A stretch of DNA of 64,000 nucleotides from Phyllobacteriaceae bacterium (GTDB lineage: Bacteria > Pseudomonadota > Alphaproteobacteria > Rhizobiales > Rhizobiaceae): assembly GCA_002708825.1 (NCBI GenBank), contig PAPF01000030.1, positions 59,365 to 123,364 on the forward strand, given 5' to 3'. Shown here one piece after another: positions 8,851 to 18,712 of the stretch (position 1 is its first letter; each line of letters starts with the position of its first letter). Under the pieces are notes generated by a model, which worked only from the letters and a program-made list of their open reading frames with translations, made no database searches and was not told the origin of the DNA. The position numbers and the translations under genes are program-made.

Positions 8851-9666
8851 ATGGGCAAGGTGATCGTGGTCACGTCCGGCAAGGGCGGGGTGGGCAAGAC
8901 AACGTCGACGGCGGCGCTCGGCGCGGCCCTGGCGCAGAACGGCGACAAGGTCGTCGTGGTGGATTTCGACGTGGGCCTGCGCAATCTCGACCTGGTCATG
9001 GGCGCCGAGCGGCGCGTCGTCTACGACCTGATCAACGTGATCCAGGGCGAGGCGAAGCTGGCGCAGGCGCTGATTCGCGACAAGCGCCTCCAGTCGCTCT
9101 ACCTGCTGCCGGCCTCGCAGACCCGCGACAAGGACAAGCTGACGGCCGAAGGCGTGGAGAAGGTGATCACCGCGCTGAAGAGCGCCTTCGACTGGGTCAT
9201 CTGCGACAGCCCGGCCGGGATCGAGCGCGGCGCAACGCTGGCCATGCGCCATGCTGACGCTGCCATCGTCGTCACCAATCCGGAGGTGTCGTCGGTGCGC
9301 GATTCCGACCGCATCATCGGCCTGCTCGACTCCAAGACGGTCAAGGCGGAAGCCGGCGAGCGCGTCGAGAAGCACCTGCTCCTCAACCGCTACGACCCCA
9401 ACCGGGCTGCCAGCGGCGACATGCTGAATGTCGACGACGTGCTCGAGATCCTGTCGATCCCGCTGCTGGGCATCATCCCGGAGAGCCCGAACATCCTGCG
9501 CGCCTCCAACATCGGCTCGCCCGTGACCCTGTGCGATGCGTCCAGCACCACCGCGCAGGCCTATTTCAACGCCGCGCGGCGGCTGGCCGGCGAGGCGGTT
9601 CCGGTGACCGTCCCCGGCGAGAGGCGCAGTTTCTTCGAGAAGATCTTCGGAAGGAAGGCTGCATGA
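8851..9666 (+). CDS. minD: Septum site-determining ATPase MinD
   Basis: [22 protein letters not shown]-terminal amphipathic helix SFFEKIFG. Confidence 0.97.
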   Translation: MGKVIVVTSGKGGVGKTTSTAALGAALAQNGDKVVVVDFDVGLRNLDLVMGAERRVVYDLINVIQGEAKLAQALIRDKRLQSLYLLPASQTRDKDKLTAEGVEKVITALKSAFDWVICDSPAGIERGATLAMRHADAAIVVTNPEVSSVRDSDRIIGLLDSKTVKAEAGERVEKHLLLNRYDPNRAASGDMLNVDDVLEILSIPLLGIIPESPNILRASNIGSPVTLCDASSTTAQAYFNAARRLAGEAVPVTVPGERRSFFEKIFGRKAA

Positions 9667-9926
9667 AAATCCTGGGCTTTTTCCGGAAGCGGGCGTCCGC
9701 CTCGGCGGCGCGGGAACGGCTTCAGATACTCCTTGCCCACGAACGGGCATCCGTCAGCGGTTTCGATCTCGTCGCGGTCCTGCGCGAGGAAATCCTCGCC
9801 GTGATCGCCAAGCATGTTCAGGTCGACAGCCGTCATGTGCGCGTCAAGATGGAACGCGGCATGCCGGTCTCGACCCTCGAGGTGGATGTCGAGATTCCCT
9901 TCGACGCGCGCGCACGGGCGGCTTGA
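9663..9926 (+). CDS. minE: Cell division topological specificity factor MinE
   Basis: ATGA overlap with minD stop; [30 protein letters not shown]. Confidence 0.95.
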   Translation: MKILGFFRKRASASAARERLQILLAHERASVSGFDLVAVLREEILAVIAKHVQVDSRHVRVKMERGMPVSTLEVDVEIPFDARARAA

Positions 9927-9976
9927 CCGCCCGGCATCAAGGTTCATGCGCCCCCGGGCGGAGGAAGGCATGGCAG

Positions 9977-10012
9977 GGCCCCGGACAGATGCTGTCCGGG
10001 GCCTTGGTTTTT
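9977..10012 (+). terminator. Hairpin terminator between convergent minE and antitoxin genes
   Basis: GGCCCCGGACAG-ATG-CTGTCCGGGGCC followed by TTGGTTTTT. Confidence 0.7.
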
Positions 10013-10041
10013 CCGGGCGGCGGGCGATGCCGGATGCCGGT

Positions 10042-10362
10042 TCAGTCCACCCCTTCCAGGTCCAGCACCAGTTCCGGCCGCTTCTCGATCAGCGAGAGCA
10101 GCTTGCGCGCCGGACCGGTCGGATAGCGCCGCCCCTGCTCCCAGTTGCGCAGCGTGGTGACCGGAATGCCGAGCTTGGTGGCGAAGCCTTCCTGCGTCAG
10201 CTTCAGCTTCTTGCGCAGCTTGGCCACATCAGGCACCTCGATCTCGAAGGTGTGGACGGTGACCTTCGAATCATCGCCCTTGAACCACATGTAGGCTTGC
10301 TCAAGTGACTCCGCGAGATCGGCAGCTTCCTGTTCCGGTGTCTTCAGTCTCTTGATAGCCAT
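10042..10362 (-). CDS. HigA-like XRE helix-turn-helix antitoxin
   Basis: DVAKLRKKLKLTQEGFATKLGIPVTTLRNWEQGRRYPTGPARKLL XRE HTH; downstream of a RelE-like gene. Confidence 0.85.
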   Translation of the reverse strand: MAIKRLKTPEQEAADLAESLEQAYMWFKGDDSKVTVHTFEIEVPDVAKLRKKLKLTQEGFATKLGIPVTTLRNWEQGRRYPTGPARKLLSLIEKRPELVLDLEGVD

Positions 10363-10364
10363 GG

Positions 10365-10685
10365 TCAAAATCCGAACAGTCTCTTGATGCGGTTGATATG
10401 ATCGATCGCGTCCATCGCCTTGCGCAACAGGTTGGGCGCGGCTGGTGACGGAGGCCGCGCCGTCAGGAACACAACCCTTGAGATGTCGTCACTCAGGGCA
10501 TAGGTCAATTCCAGGCCTCCTGTCGTCCAGCGGCGCAATCCCTGTTCCCCGTGAACCGGCTTGCCGATGACCGGGTCGGACTGAACCTGTGCGAACGCAC
10601 GCAGCCTGTTCTTCCTCTCCAGCCCGTACATCGCACAATCGAGCTTGAAGCGCTCGGTCTCCGCGATCTCGATCCTCAGTGTCAT
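10365..10685 (-). CDS. Divergent HigB/RelE-like toxin
   Basis: IAETERF...DPVIGKPVHGEQGLRR resembles HigB2-type toxins; toxin-first gene order. Confidence 0.6.
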   Translation of the reverse strand: MTLRIEIAETERFKLDCAMYGLERKNRLRAFAQVQSDPVIGKPVHGEQGLRRWTTGGLELTYALSDDISRVVFLTARPPSPAAPNLLRKAMDAIDHINRIKRLFGF

Positions 10686-10697
10686 GCACAGGCCCAT

Positions 10698-10750
10698 CAT
10701 ATACGCCATTGGCGCAGTAACTTCAATGGCAATCTACGCCATTGGCGCAG
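10698..10750 (-). promoter_or_regulatory. TA promoter with two identical palindromic operators
   Basis: TACGCCATTGGCGCAG at 10702-10717 and 10735-10750; minus-strand TTGAAG-N17-TATATG with one operator in the spacer. Confidence 0.75.
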
Positions 10751-10863
10751 AAATACGCATCCCTCAAGGCTTGAAAAAAGGTTGTCCTGAAAGAATGCGG
10801 CAACCAGAATATGCAACATGAAACGGGCTGACAAGGCGTTCCGCGCGCACTATTCTCCCTCCC

Positions 10864-12054
10864 ATGTTCATACCCTTCTTCCTTGAACTCAAGGCCGCCA
10901 AGATCCCCGTTTCCCTGCGCGAGTTTCTCTCGCTTCTCGAAGGCATGGAAGCCGGGCTTGTCACCTATGACGTCGAGGGCTTCTATTATCTCGCCCGCAC
11001 GGCACTGGTGAAGGACGAGCGCTATATCGACCGTTTCGACCAGGTTTTCTCCCATGCCTTCAAGGGTGTCGAAGCGGTCTCGGGCGAGGGCGCGGTGGAC
11101 GTGATGAACCTGCCGGAGGAATGGCTCCGCCGGCTGGCCGACAAGCACCTCACCGACGAGGAAAAGAAGCTGGTCGAAAGCCTGGGCGGCTTCGAAAAGC
11201 TGATGGAGACGCTGAAACAGCGGCTGGAGGAACAGAAGGGCCGCCACCAGGGCGGCTCCAAGTGGATCGGCACGGCCGGAACCTCGCCTTTTGGCGCCTA
11301 TGGCTACAACCCCGAGGGTGTGCGTATCGGCCAGCATGAAAGCCGGCACCGCCGCGCCGTGAAGGTCTGGGACAAGCGCGAATTCAGGAATTTCGACGAC
11401 GGCGTCGAGATCGGCACGCGCAACATCAAGGTCGCGCTCAAACGCCTGCGCCGCTGGGTCCGCGAGGGGGCAGAGGAGGAGTTCGACCTGCCCGGTACCA
11501 TCCGCGCCACCGCCGAGCACGGCTATCTTGACCCGCAGACACGGCCCGAACGGCGCAACGCCGTCAAGCTCCTGATGTTCTTCGATGTCGGCGGCTCCAT
11601 GGACGACCACATCCGCGTCGTCGAGGAACTGTTCTCAGCCGCCCGCGCCGAATTCAAGCACATGGACTATTTCTACTTCCACAATTGCCTCTACGAGGGC
11701 CTGTGGAAGGACAACCGCCGGCGCCATTCCGAGGTCATGCCCACCTTCGACGTGCTCCACAAGTACGGACCCGACTACAAGGTGATCTTCGTCGGCGATG
11801 CGTCCATGAGCCCCTACGAGATCGCCTATGCCGGCGGGTCGGTGGAGCACTGGAACGCCGAGCCGGGCGCCGTCTGGCTGCAACGCGCGCTGGCGCAATG
11901 GCCGAATGCCGCATGGATCAACCCGGTACGCAAGGCCCATTGGGACTACACCCATTCCATCCGCATGATCCGCGACATCTTTTCCGACCGCATGTATCCC
12001 CTCACCCTCAAGGGTCTCGAGGAGGCAACCCGGCAGCTCAGCCGCAAGCACTGA
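10864..12054 (+). CDS. vWA-domain protein (CoxE-like MoxR partner)
   Basis: RHQGGSKWIGTAGTSPFG, MIDAS-like FDVGGSM, FYFHNCLYE, VGDASMSPYE. Confidence 0.9.
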   Translation: MFIPFFLELKAAKIPVSLREFLSLLEGMEAGLVTYDVEGFYYLARTALVKDERYIDRFDQVFSHAFKGVEAVSGEGAVDVMNLPEEWLRRLADKHLTDEEKKLVESLGGFEKLMETLKQRLEEQKGRHQGGSKWIGTAGTSPFGAYGYNPEGVRIGQHESRHRRAVKVWDKREFRNFDDGVEIGTRNIKVALKRLRRWVREGAEEEFDLPGTIRATAEHGYLDPQTRPERRNAVKLLMFFDVGGSMDDHIRVVEELFSAARAEFKHMDYFYFHNCLYEGLWKDNRRRHSEVMPTFDVLHKYGPDYKVIFVGDASMSPYEIAYAGGSVEHWNAEPGAVWLQRALAQWPNAAWINPVRKAHWDYTHSIRMIRDIFSDRMYPLTLKGLEEATRQLSRKH

Positions 12055-12157
12055 ACCGCGGCCGGGCTGCGTTTCACCTGCCGCAGCCTGTCCGGTTCGC
12101 CGCTATTGCATAACATTCGAATATGACGCTAGACGGTGAGCCGACCTCAGCCGGGGA

Positions 12158-14179
12158 ATGCCGTTCGTCATGAAATACCGCTCGGAAATCGATGGGCTGC
12201 GCGCATTCGCGGTCGTCCCCGTCATCCTGTTTCACGCCGGCGCTTCCGTTTTTTCCGGAGGCTATGCCGGCGTCGACGTCTTCTTCGTCATCTCGGGCTA
12301 TCTCATCGCCGGCATCCTGATCGACGACATGGAGGCTGGCCGGTTCTCGATCTGGCGGTTCTACGAGCGGCGCATCAGGCGCATCGCGCCGGCGCTGGCC
12401 GTGGTCGTGATGGCCTGCATCCCTTTCGCCTGGATGTGGATGTTTCCCTCCGACTTCAAGTATTTCGGCCTTGCCGCCGGGGCCGCGGCCATATCGCTGA
12501 GCAATTTCGTCTTCTGGCAGCGCGCCGGCTATTTCGACACGGCAGCCGAACTCAAGCCCCTGCTTCACACATGGAGCCTTGGCGTCGAGGAACAGTTCTA
12601 TCTCCTCTTCCCGCTGCTTCTCCTGGCCTTCTGGCGCCTTGGCTGGCGGCGTTTCGGTGCAATCCTGCTGGCGATTTGCGTGGTCAGCCTGATCCTCGCC
12701 GAGGCCACGGTCAGGCGATGGCCCGATGCTGCCTTCTACCTGCCCCATACACGGATCTGGGAACTGGGCGCGGGCGTTCTGTGCGCCATTGCCGAACGCA
12801 AGACGCGATTGCCGAACATCCCGCTCGCCGGACTCGCCGGTCTCCTTGCCGTGGCTCTTTCCATGGTCATGCTGGGACGCTCCACGCCATGGCCGTCGCT
12901 GTGGACCCTGCTGCCGGTGGGCGGCACGGCATTGGTCATCCTGTTCGCCCGCGCCGGCACGCCGGCCGCGCGCATCCTTTCCTTTTCGCCCTTCGTCTGG
13001 ATCGGTCTCGTCAGCTACAGCGCCTATCTGTGGCACCAGCCCCTGTTCGCCTTCGCCCGCATTCGCAGCGCCGGCGATCCGCCGGCCTGGATCATGGCCG
13101 CGCTCTGTGCCGCCACTTTCATCCTCGCTTTCGCAAGCTGGCGCTACGTCGAGAAGCCCTTCCGCAACCCGGCGAGCCGGCTCTACGGCAACCGCCGCAC
13201 GGTTTTCGCCGGGGCGGGCGTGGCGATCGCCCTGTTTGCCGGCTTCGGCCTGACGGCGATCGCCACCGAAGGCCTGCCTGGACGTCTGCCACCCGATCTG
13301 CGGGAACTGGCAACGCTGCATGCGCGTGAAAGCGCGGCGCTCGCACCTTGCCGCCTGCTCGATCCGGCTGTCGATATCGAGGCCCGTACCTGCGTCTTCG
13401 GCCAGGAAGGAAAACCGCCGGCCTTCGGGCTGCTGGGCGACAGCCACGCCATGGGAATAGCCCGGACGCTCGGTGCGAAACTCGGTGAACAGGGCGCCGC
13501 CATGCGCCAGTTGACCTATCCCGGCTGCATGCCTGTCCTCGGCCTGCGCCGCGCCGCCGACAACAACAGGTGCGTGGAGTTCAACCAGGGCTACGCCGAC
13601 TATCTCGAAGGCGACGGGACGCCCGAAACCCTGATCATCCTCGCCCACTGGGCCCTCTACGTGAACGGCATCCAGTACGACAATGGCGAAGGCGGCAAGG
13701 CGCGCGGCCCGGAAGGCTTCTATATTCCCGTCGATGAACCCGACAACTTCCGCTGGAGCCCGAACCGCCTGCGCGCCCTGCAAGCCGCGCTGGACCGGAC
13801 CATCCGCCGTCATCTCGATGCCGGAAAGCGTGTCGCGCTCGTCTATCCCGTACCCGAAGCGGGTTGGGATGTGCCCGCGAAACTGGGCGCGGACCTGCTC
13901 AACGGCGTGCGAAACGGGCAATCGCTATCGACAAGCTACGAACGCTTCCTGGAACGGGTGCGCCCGGTCCATGCCCTCTTCGACGCCGTTCCGGCCGATC
14001 CCGGCCTCATTCGCATCCGGCCTGAGGAAGTCTTCTGCGACATGCAAGCGGACGGGCGCTGCCAGCTGGTCCTGGACGGCAAGCCCGCCTATCACGACGA
14101 ACACCACCTGTCCGGACCGGGTGCGGACCTCTTGTCCGGCCACATCGTCCGCCGGCTCAAGGAAAAGGGCTGGCTCTGA
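12158..14179 (+). CDS. Acyltransferase-3/SGNH fusion (OafA-like O-acetyltransferase)
   Basis: YRSEIDGLRAFAV, GVDVFFVISG, HTWSLGVEEQFY, multiple TMs, SGNH motifs GDSHA and DEHHL. Confidence 0.9.
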   Translation: MPFVMKYRSEIDGLRAFAVVPVILFHAGASVFSGGYAGVDVFFVISGYLIAGILIDDMEAGRFSIWRFYERRIRRIAPALAVVVMACIPFAWMWMFPSDFKYFGLAAGAAAISLSNFVFWQRAGYFDTAAELKPLLHTWSLGVEEQFYLLFPLLLLAFWRLGWRRFGAILLAICVVSLILAEATVRRWPDAAFYLPHTRIWELGAGVLCAIAERKTRLPNIPLAGLAGLLAVALSMVMLGRSTPWPSLWTLLPVGGTALVILFARAGTPAARILSFSPFVWIGLVSYSAYLWHQPLFAFARIRSAGDPPAWIMAALCAATFILAFASWRYVEKPFRNPASRLYGNRRTVFAGAGVAIALFAGFGLTAIATEGLPGRLPPDLRELATLHARESAALAPCRLLDPAVDIEARTCVFGQEGKPPAFGLLGDSHAMGIARTLGAKLGEQGAAMRQLTYPGCMPVLGLRRAADNNRCVEFNQGYADYLEGDGTPETLIILAHWALYVNGIQYDNGEGGKARGPEGFYIPVDEPDNFRWSPNRLRALQAALDRTIRRHLDAGKRVALVYPVPEAGWDVPAKLGADLLNGVRNGQSLSTSYERFLERVRPVHALFDAVPADPGLIRIRPEEVFCDMQADGRCQLVLDGKPAYHDEHHLSGPGADLLSGHIVRRLKEKGWL

Positions 14180-14224
14180 AAGAACCAGCCCTTTCACGGG
14201 GAATACCGGTTCGGGAAGAACGCG

Positions 14225-14482
14225 TCACGCCATGCCGAGCGCGGCCTTGTAGAGTTCCAGCATGGCTTCCTGCTCCTGGCGCTCGTTGGCATCCTGCTTG
14301 CGCAGCCGCACGATGGTGCGCAGCGCCTTGGTGTCGAAGCCGTTGCCTTTCGCCTCGGCATAGACATCCTTGATGTCGTCGGAAATGGTCTTCTTTTCTT
14401 CCTCCAGCCGCTCGATGCGCTCGATGATCGAGCGAAGCTGGCCGGCGGCTACGGTTTCGGATTCGGCTGTGATGTCGTCCAC
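14225..14482 (-). CDS. gapR: DUF2312 / GapR nucleoid-associated protein
   Basis: [39 protein letters not shown] start after GGAG. Confidence 0.88.
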   Translation of the reverse strand: MDDITAESETVAAGQLRSIIERIERLEEEKKTISDDIKDVYAEAKGNGFDTKALRTIVRLRKQDANERQEQEAMLELYKAALGMA

Positions 14483-14620
14483 GGGAAATCTCCGGATGGT
14501 TTGCCCGACAGGGTGCAAGGGGGAATCGCGGGCAGTTCAGGTGGCCCTGTCGATGCCGCAGCCGGACGGCTTGGTCAAGCACCGGCGTGACGCCATGTGG
14601 AAACCGGGGAAAGTCGCCGG

Positions 14621-14925
<305 letters not shown>

Positions 14926-14929
<4 letters not shown>

Positions 14930-15744
14930 GAGGGCTCTCCCTTTTCCACCGATCCGGTTCGCGAACCGTAATGGCGCGCCACATGGATATCGGGCAGCCG
15001 GTTGATCGCGTCAAGCATCGGTGCCATGCGGTTGGCCCATTCCTCCTGCCCCGTCTCGTCGGCGATCAGGTCCTGCCGGATCTCGATCAGCAGATGGGCA
15101 AAGCCCGGCCGGATGGCGTGGGTATACATCGTGTCGCCCTTCAGTGCGCCGTCATAGGGTTCGTTGTCGCCCACGATCAGGCCGGGCTCGGCGCAAAGCA
15201 TCTCCATCAGCGGGCGCACGGCCCGGTCGTCGCTGTCCCACAGGATGCCCGCGTGCCATGGCCGCGCCCGGCCCTGCATTTCCGGCGTGAAGGAATGGAT
15301 GGAGACGATGAACGGCGCATTGCCCGGCCCCTTGCGCTGGACCGCGGCGATGCGCTCCCACACCGCTGCATGGTAGGGCCTGTAGAAATGCGACAGGCGC
15401 CGTTCCCGCTCCGCGTCGCTCATCGGGTAGTTCCCCGGAATGATCGTGCCGTCATAGAGTTGGCGGATCAGCGTGGGATCGTCGGCACCGCGATTGGGAT
15501 CGATCAGCAGGCGCGAGAAGCCGGCCATCACCGCCGGGGCTCCGAGCAATGTGGCGAGCTTGCGCGTCACCGCCTCGACCCCGATGTCATAGGCGATGTG
15601 CCGCTGGAACTCCCATTCCGGCAGCCCGAGCGAACCGTATTCGGCCGGCAGGTCGCGCCGGGCATGGTCGGCGACAAGCACGAGGCCGAGGCTGTCATCG
15701 CCTTCAATCGTGACAAAGGTTTCAAAACGTCGGGGAGCGGTCAT
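14926..15744 (-). CDS. N-formylglutamate amidohydrolase
   Basis: ADHA, HIAYDIG, SRLLIDPNR, SIHSFTP, GDNEPYDG, IEIRQDLI. Confidence 0.9.
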
Positions 15745-15942
15745 GGCAGGGGCAGGGCGGCCGGGCGGCCGCATCCATTCGCGGGGTTGACGGACAGGCG
15801 GGACATTTGCGCCCCTTTCTAAACAAACTTGCGGCCAAGAAGTAGGCTGCGTTGACATGCCCGTCCACATTTCCCAAAAAAGAACGGCGGTTGGCGCTAT
15901 GCAACACGGTGTGACCCTTCGCGGGCGGGTACAGGTCAGGCA

Positions 15943-16416
15943 ATGAGATCGGCGGCTTTTCGGGGGGGTGCTTCGGCGGCGATCTGGGCCGCGGCCACCT
16001 TTATGGCGTCCCTGGCGATGACCGGCCAGGCGCGTGCCGACTTCCGCGTGTGCAACGCCACGCAGAACCTCGTCGGCGTGGCCATCGGATACCGCGCCGC
16101 CTCCGGCTGGATCACCGAAGGCTGGTGGCACATCGAGGCGTCCAGCTGCAAGACGCTTGTTGAGGGGGACCTGTCCTCGCGCTACTACTATCTCTATGCG
16201 GAGGACGCCGAGCGCGGCGGGCGCTGGGACGGGCCGATCACCATGTGCGTCGCCGACAAGGAGTTCAAGATCGTCGGCATCAACGACTGCTTCGCCCGTG
16301 GCTTCCAGCGCGCCGGATTCCAGGAATACGACACCGGAGAGCAGGCAAACTGGATGGTGCAATTGACCGACGAACCCGCCATCCCGACCACGCCCGGCAC
16401 CGCGCCGAGCAACTGA
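15943..16416 (+). CDS. DUF1036-family exported protein
   Basis: Signal ending ARA-DFRVCN; EGWW, YYYLYAED, GFQEYDTG. Confidence 0.85.
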   Translation: MRSAAFRGGASAAIWAAATFMASLAMTGQARADFRVCNATQNLVGVAIGYRAASGWITEGWWHIEASSCKTLVEGDLSSRYYYLYAEDAERGGRWDGPITMCVADKEFKIVGINDCFARGFQRAGFQEYDTGEQANWMVQLTDEPAIPTTPGTAPSN

Positions 16417-16456
16417 CCCCCGCGCTTTGCCCGTCATATGGATGTCGCCAATCCGG

Positions 16457-16493
16457 TTGACCCTGTTCGCCGCTTCAATTAAAACGATTTAAA
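16457..16493 (+). promoter_or_regulatory. pyk promoter with overlapping LacI-type operator
   Basis: TTGACC-N17-TAAAAC; imperfect palindrome ATTAAAACGATTTAAA over the -10. Confidence 0.5.
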
Positions 16494-16524
16494 CTTCAAT
16501 GTCCGGATGGAATTCATGGATAGC

Positions 16525-17961
16525 GTGAGACGAAACCGCAAGGCCAAGGTCGTGGCAACGCTTGGCCCGGCCTCCTCGTCGAAGGAAATGATCGAGAAAC
16601 TGAGCCGCGCAGGCGCCGATGTCTTCCGCATCAACATGAGCCATGCGAGCCATGACCTGATGCGCGATCTCGTCGCGCGGATCCGGGATGTCGAGGCCTC
16701 TGTCGGACGTCCCATCGCGATCCTGGGCGACCTTCAGGGGCCAAAGCTGCGCGTCGGCCTGTTCGCCGAGGGCAAGGTTGCGCTTGAACCCGGCCAGACA
16801 TTCATCCTCGACAACAATCCCGAACCCGGCGACGCCAGCCGCATTCACCTGCCCCATCCCGAGATCCTTGCCTCCGTCGAGCCCGGCCACCGCCTGCTGG
16901 TCGACGACGGCAAGCTGCAATTGAAGGCCGTCTCCACCGAACCGGGCAGAATCACCTGCACCGTGGTCACCGGAACGAGGATTTCCGACCGCAAGGGCGT
17001 TTCGCTGCCGGACACGGACCTGCCCGTCGGCGCGCTGACCGACAAGGACCGGTCCGACCTGCAGGCCCTGCTGGAAACCGGCGTCGACTGGATCGCTTTG
17101 TCCTTCATCCAGCGCCCGGAAGACCTGGCCGAAGTGCGCAAGATCGCCCGCGGCCGCGCCGGCATCCTCTCCAAGATCGAGAAGCCGCAGGCCGTGCATC
17201 GCCTCGCCGAGATCATCGAACTGTCCGACGCCATCATGGTTGCCCGCGGCGATCTCGGCGTCGAGATGCCCATCGAATCGGTCCCCGGCCTGCAGAAGCA
17301 GATCACCCGCACCTGCCGGCGCGAGGGCAAACCGGTGGTCGTCGCCACGCAGATGCTGGAAAGCATGATCTCCGCCCCAGTGCCGACACGCGCCGAGGTA
17401 TCCGATGTCGCCACGGCGCTTTTCGAGGGCGCCGACGCGGTCATGCTGTCGGCCGAATCGGCGGCCGGCGACTACCCGGAAGAGGCCGTGGCCATGATGG
17501 ATTCCATCGCCCGGCAGGTCGAGCGCGACCCCACCTACCCCGGCATCATCGCTGCGCAGCGCTCCGAGCCCGAATCCACGGGCGCCGACGCCATTGCCGC
17601 CGCGGCCCGCCAGATTGCTGAAACGCTGAACCTCTCGGCCATCGTCTGCTACACCTCCTCGGGCACCACCGGCCTGCGCGCCTCGCGCGAGCGCCCCATG
17701 GTCCCCGTCATCGCCCTGTCGCCAATCCCGGAGACCGCGCGCCGCCTGACTCTTGCCTGGGGTTTGCACTGCGTCGTCACCGAGGATGCCCGCAACGAGG
17801 ATGACATGGTCGACCGCGCCTGCTCGATCGCCTATCGCGACGGCTTCGGCAAGGCCGGCAGCCGCGTCATCATCACGGCCGGCGTGCCCTTCGGCACACC
17901 AGGGTCAACCAACATGTTGCGTATCGCCTATATCGGGTCGGACGGCCACGGCGGCGTCTGA
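16525..17961 (+). CDS. pyk: Pyruvate kinase
   Basis: KVVATLGPAS, FRINMSH, DLQGPKLR, SKIEKP, MVARGDLGVE, ATQMLESM; start uncertain (16507, 16516 or 16525). Confidence 0.97.
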   Translation: MRRNRKAKVVATLGPASSSKEMIEKLSRAGADVFRINMSHASHDLMRDLVARIRDVEASVGRPIAILGDLQGPKLRVGLFAEGKVALEPGQTFILDNNPEPGDASRIHLPHPEILASVEPGHRLLVDDGKLQLKAVSTEPGRITCTVVTGTRISDRKGVSLPDTDLPVGALTDKDRSDLQALLETGVDWIALSFIQRPEDLAEVRKIARGRAGILSKIEKPQAVHRLAEIIELSDAIMVARGDLGVEMPIESVPGLQKQITRTCRREGKPVVVATQMLESMISAPVPTRAEVSDVATALFEGADAVMLSAESAAGDYPEEAVAMMDSIARQVERDPTYPGIIAAQRSEPESTGADAIAAAARQIAETLNLSAIVCYTSSGTTGLRASRERPMVPVIALSPIPETARRLTLAWGLHCVVTEDARNEDDMVDRACSIAYRDGFGKAGSRVIITAGVPFGTPGSTNMLRIAYIGSDGHGGV

Positions 17962-18702
17962 GGCCTCCCTCCCTTCCTCTTCCGAGAGGATGACCTCGGC
18001 GAGGTTCGCCGCCCATGCGCGGTAGCCTGCGGCGCTCGCATGGAAGCCGTCATGCGAAAAGCCTTCCGGCTGCACATCCTGCAAGGCTGCGACAAGGCAG
18101 GCGCCGCGCTCGTTGCACAGCCGCCCGGCCTTGGCGTTGAAGGCATCGGCGCGGATGTCGAGAATGCGTGCCAGCACCCAGGGCATGGCCGGAACGCGGC
18201 GCATGTCGATCATTTCCGGCCAGTAGATGCGGGCATGCGGAAACCGCGTCCTGACCGCATAGACCAGCGTTCCGAAATCCCGCTTGAAGCGCGGCAGCGT
18301 GTGGAAATTCTTCATGTCGTTGGTGCCGAGCGACAGCACCACATGCGTCCAGTCGCGCGGCTCCACATGCGGCACGACATGGTCGCGCACCTGCGCCGCG
18401 ACGGCGGAATTCGCCCCGGCGGCACGACAGGTCACGGGCCGTCCCGTCCGCTCGGCAAGCATGGCGGAAAGCTGTCCGGCCAGCGAGTCGGCGAACCGGT
18501 CCACGCCGACGCCTGCCGCGGAGGAATCGCCGATCACCAGCAGCCGGTACGGTTCACCGGTTCCCGCGATGGAGCCTTCCGGTCCGTCTTCTGGCGGGCT
18601 GAGCCGCTGCGTGCGCAACCGTGTGGCGATACCCTGCCAGGCGTAGACCGGGTAGAGCGGCCAGGTCATGAGCGGAGCCCAGGCGGGATAGCGCCGCGCC
18701 AT
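17905..18702 (-). CDS. SGNH/GDSL hydrolase
   Basis: IGDSSAAGVG, SLGTND, DGFH catalytic blocks. Confidence 0.88.
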   Translation of the reverse strand: MARRYPAWAPLMTWPLYPVYAWQGIATRLRTQRLSPPEDGPEGSIAGTGEPYRLLVIGDSSAAGVGVDRFADSLAGQLSAMLAERTGRPVTCRAAGANSAVAAQVRDHVVPHVEPRDWTHVVLSLGTNDMKNFHTLPRFKRDFGTLVYAVRTRFPHARIYWPEMIDMRRVPAMPWVLARILDIRADAFNAKAGRLCNERGACLVAALQDVQPEGFSHDGFHASAAGYRAWAANLAEVILSEEEGREASDAAVAVRPDIGDTQHVG

Positions 18703-18712
18703 GCCGGCCCCC

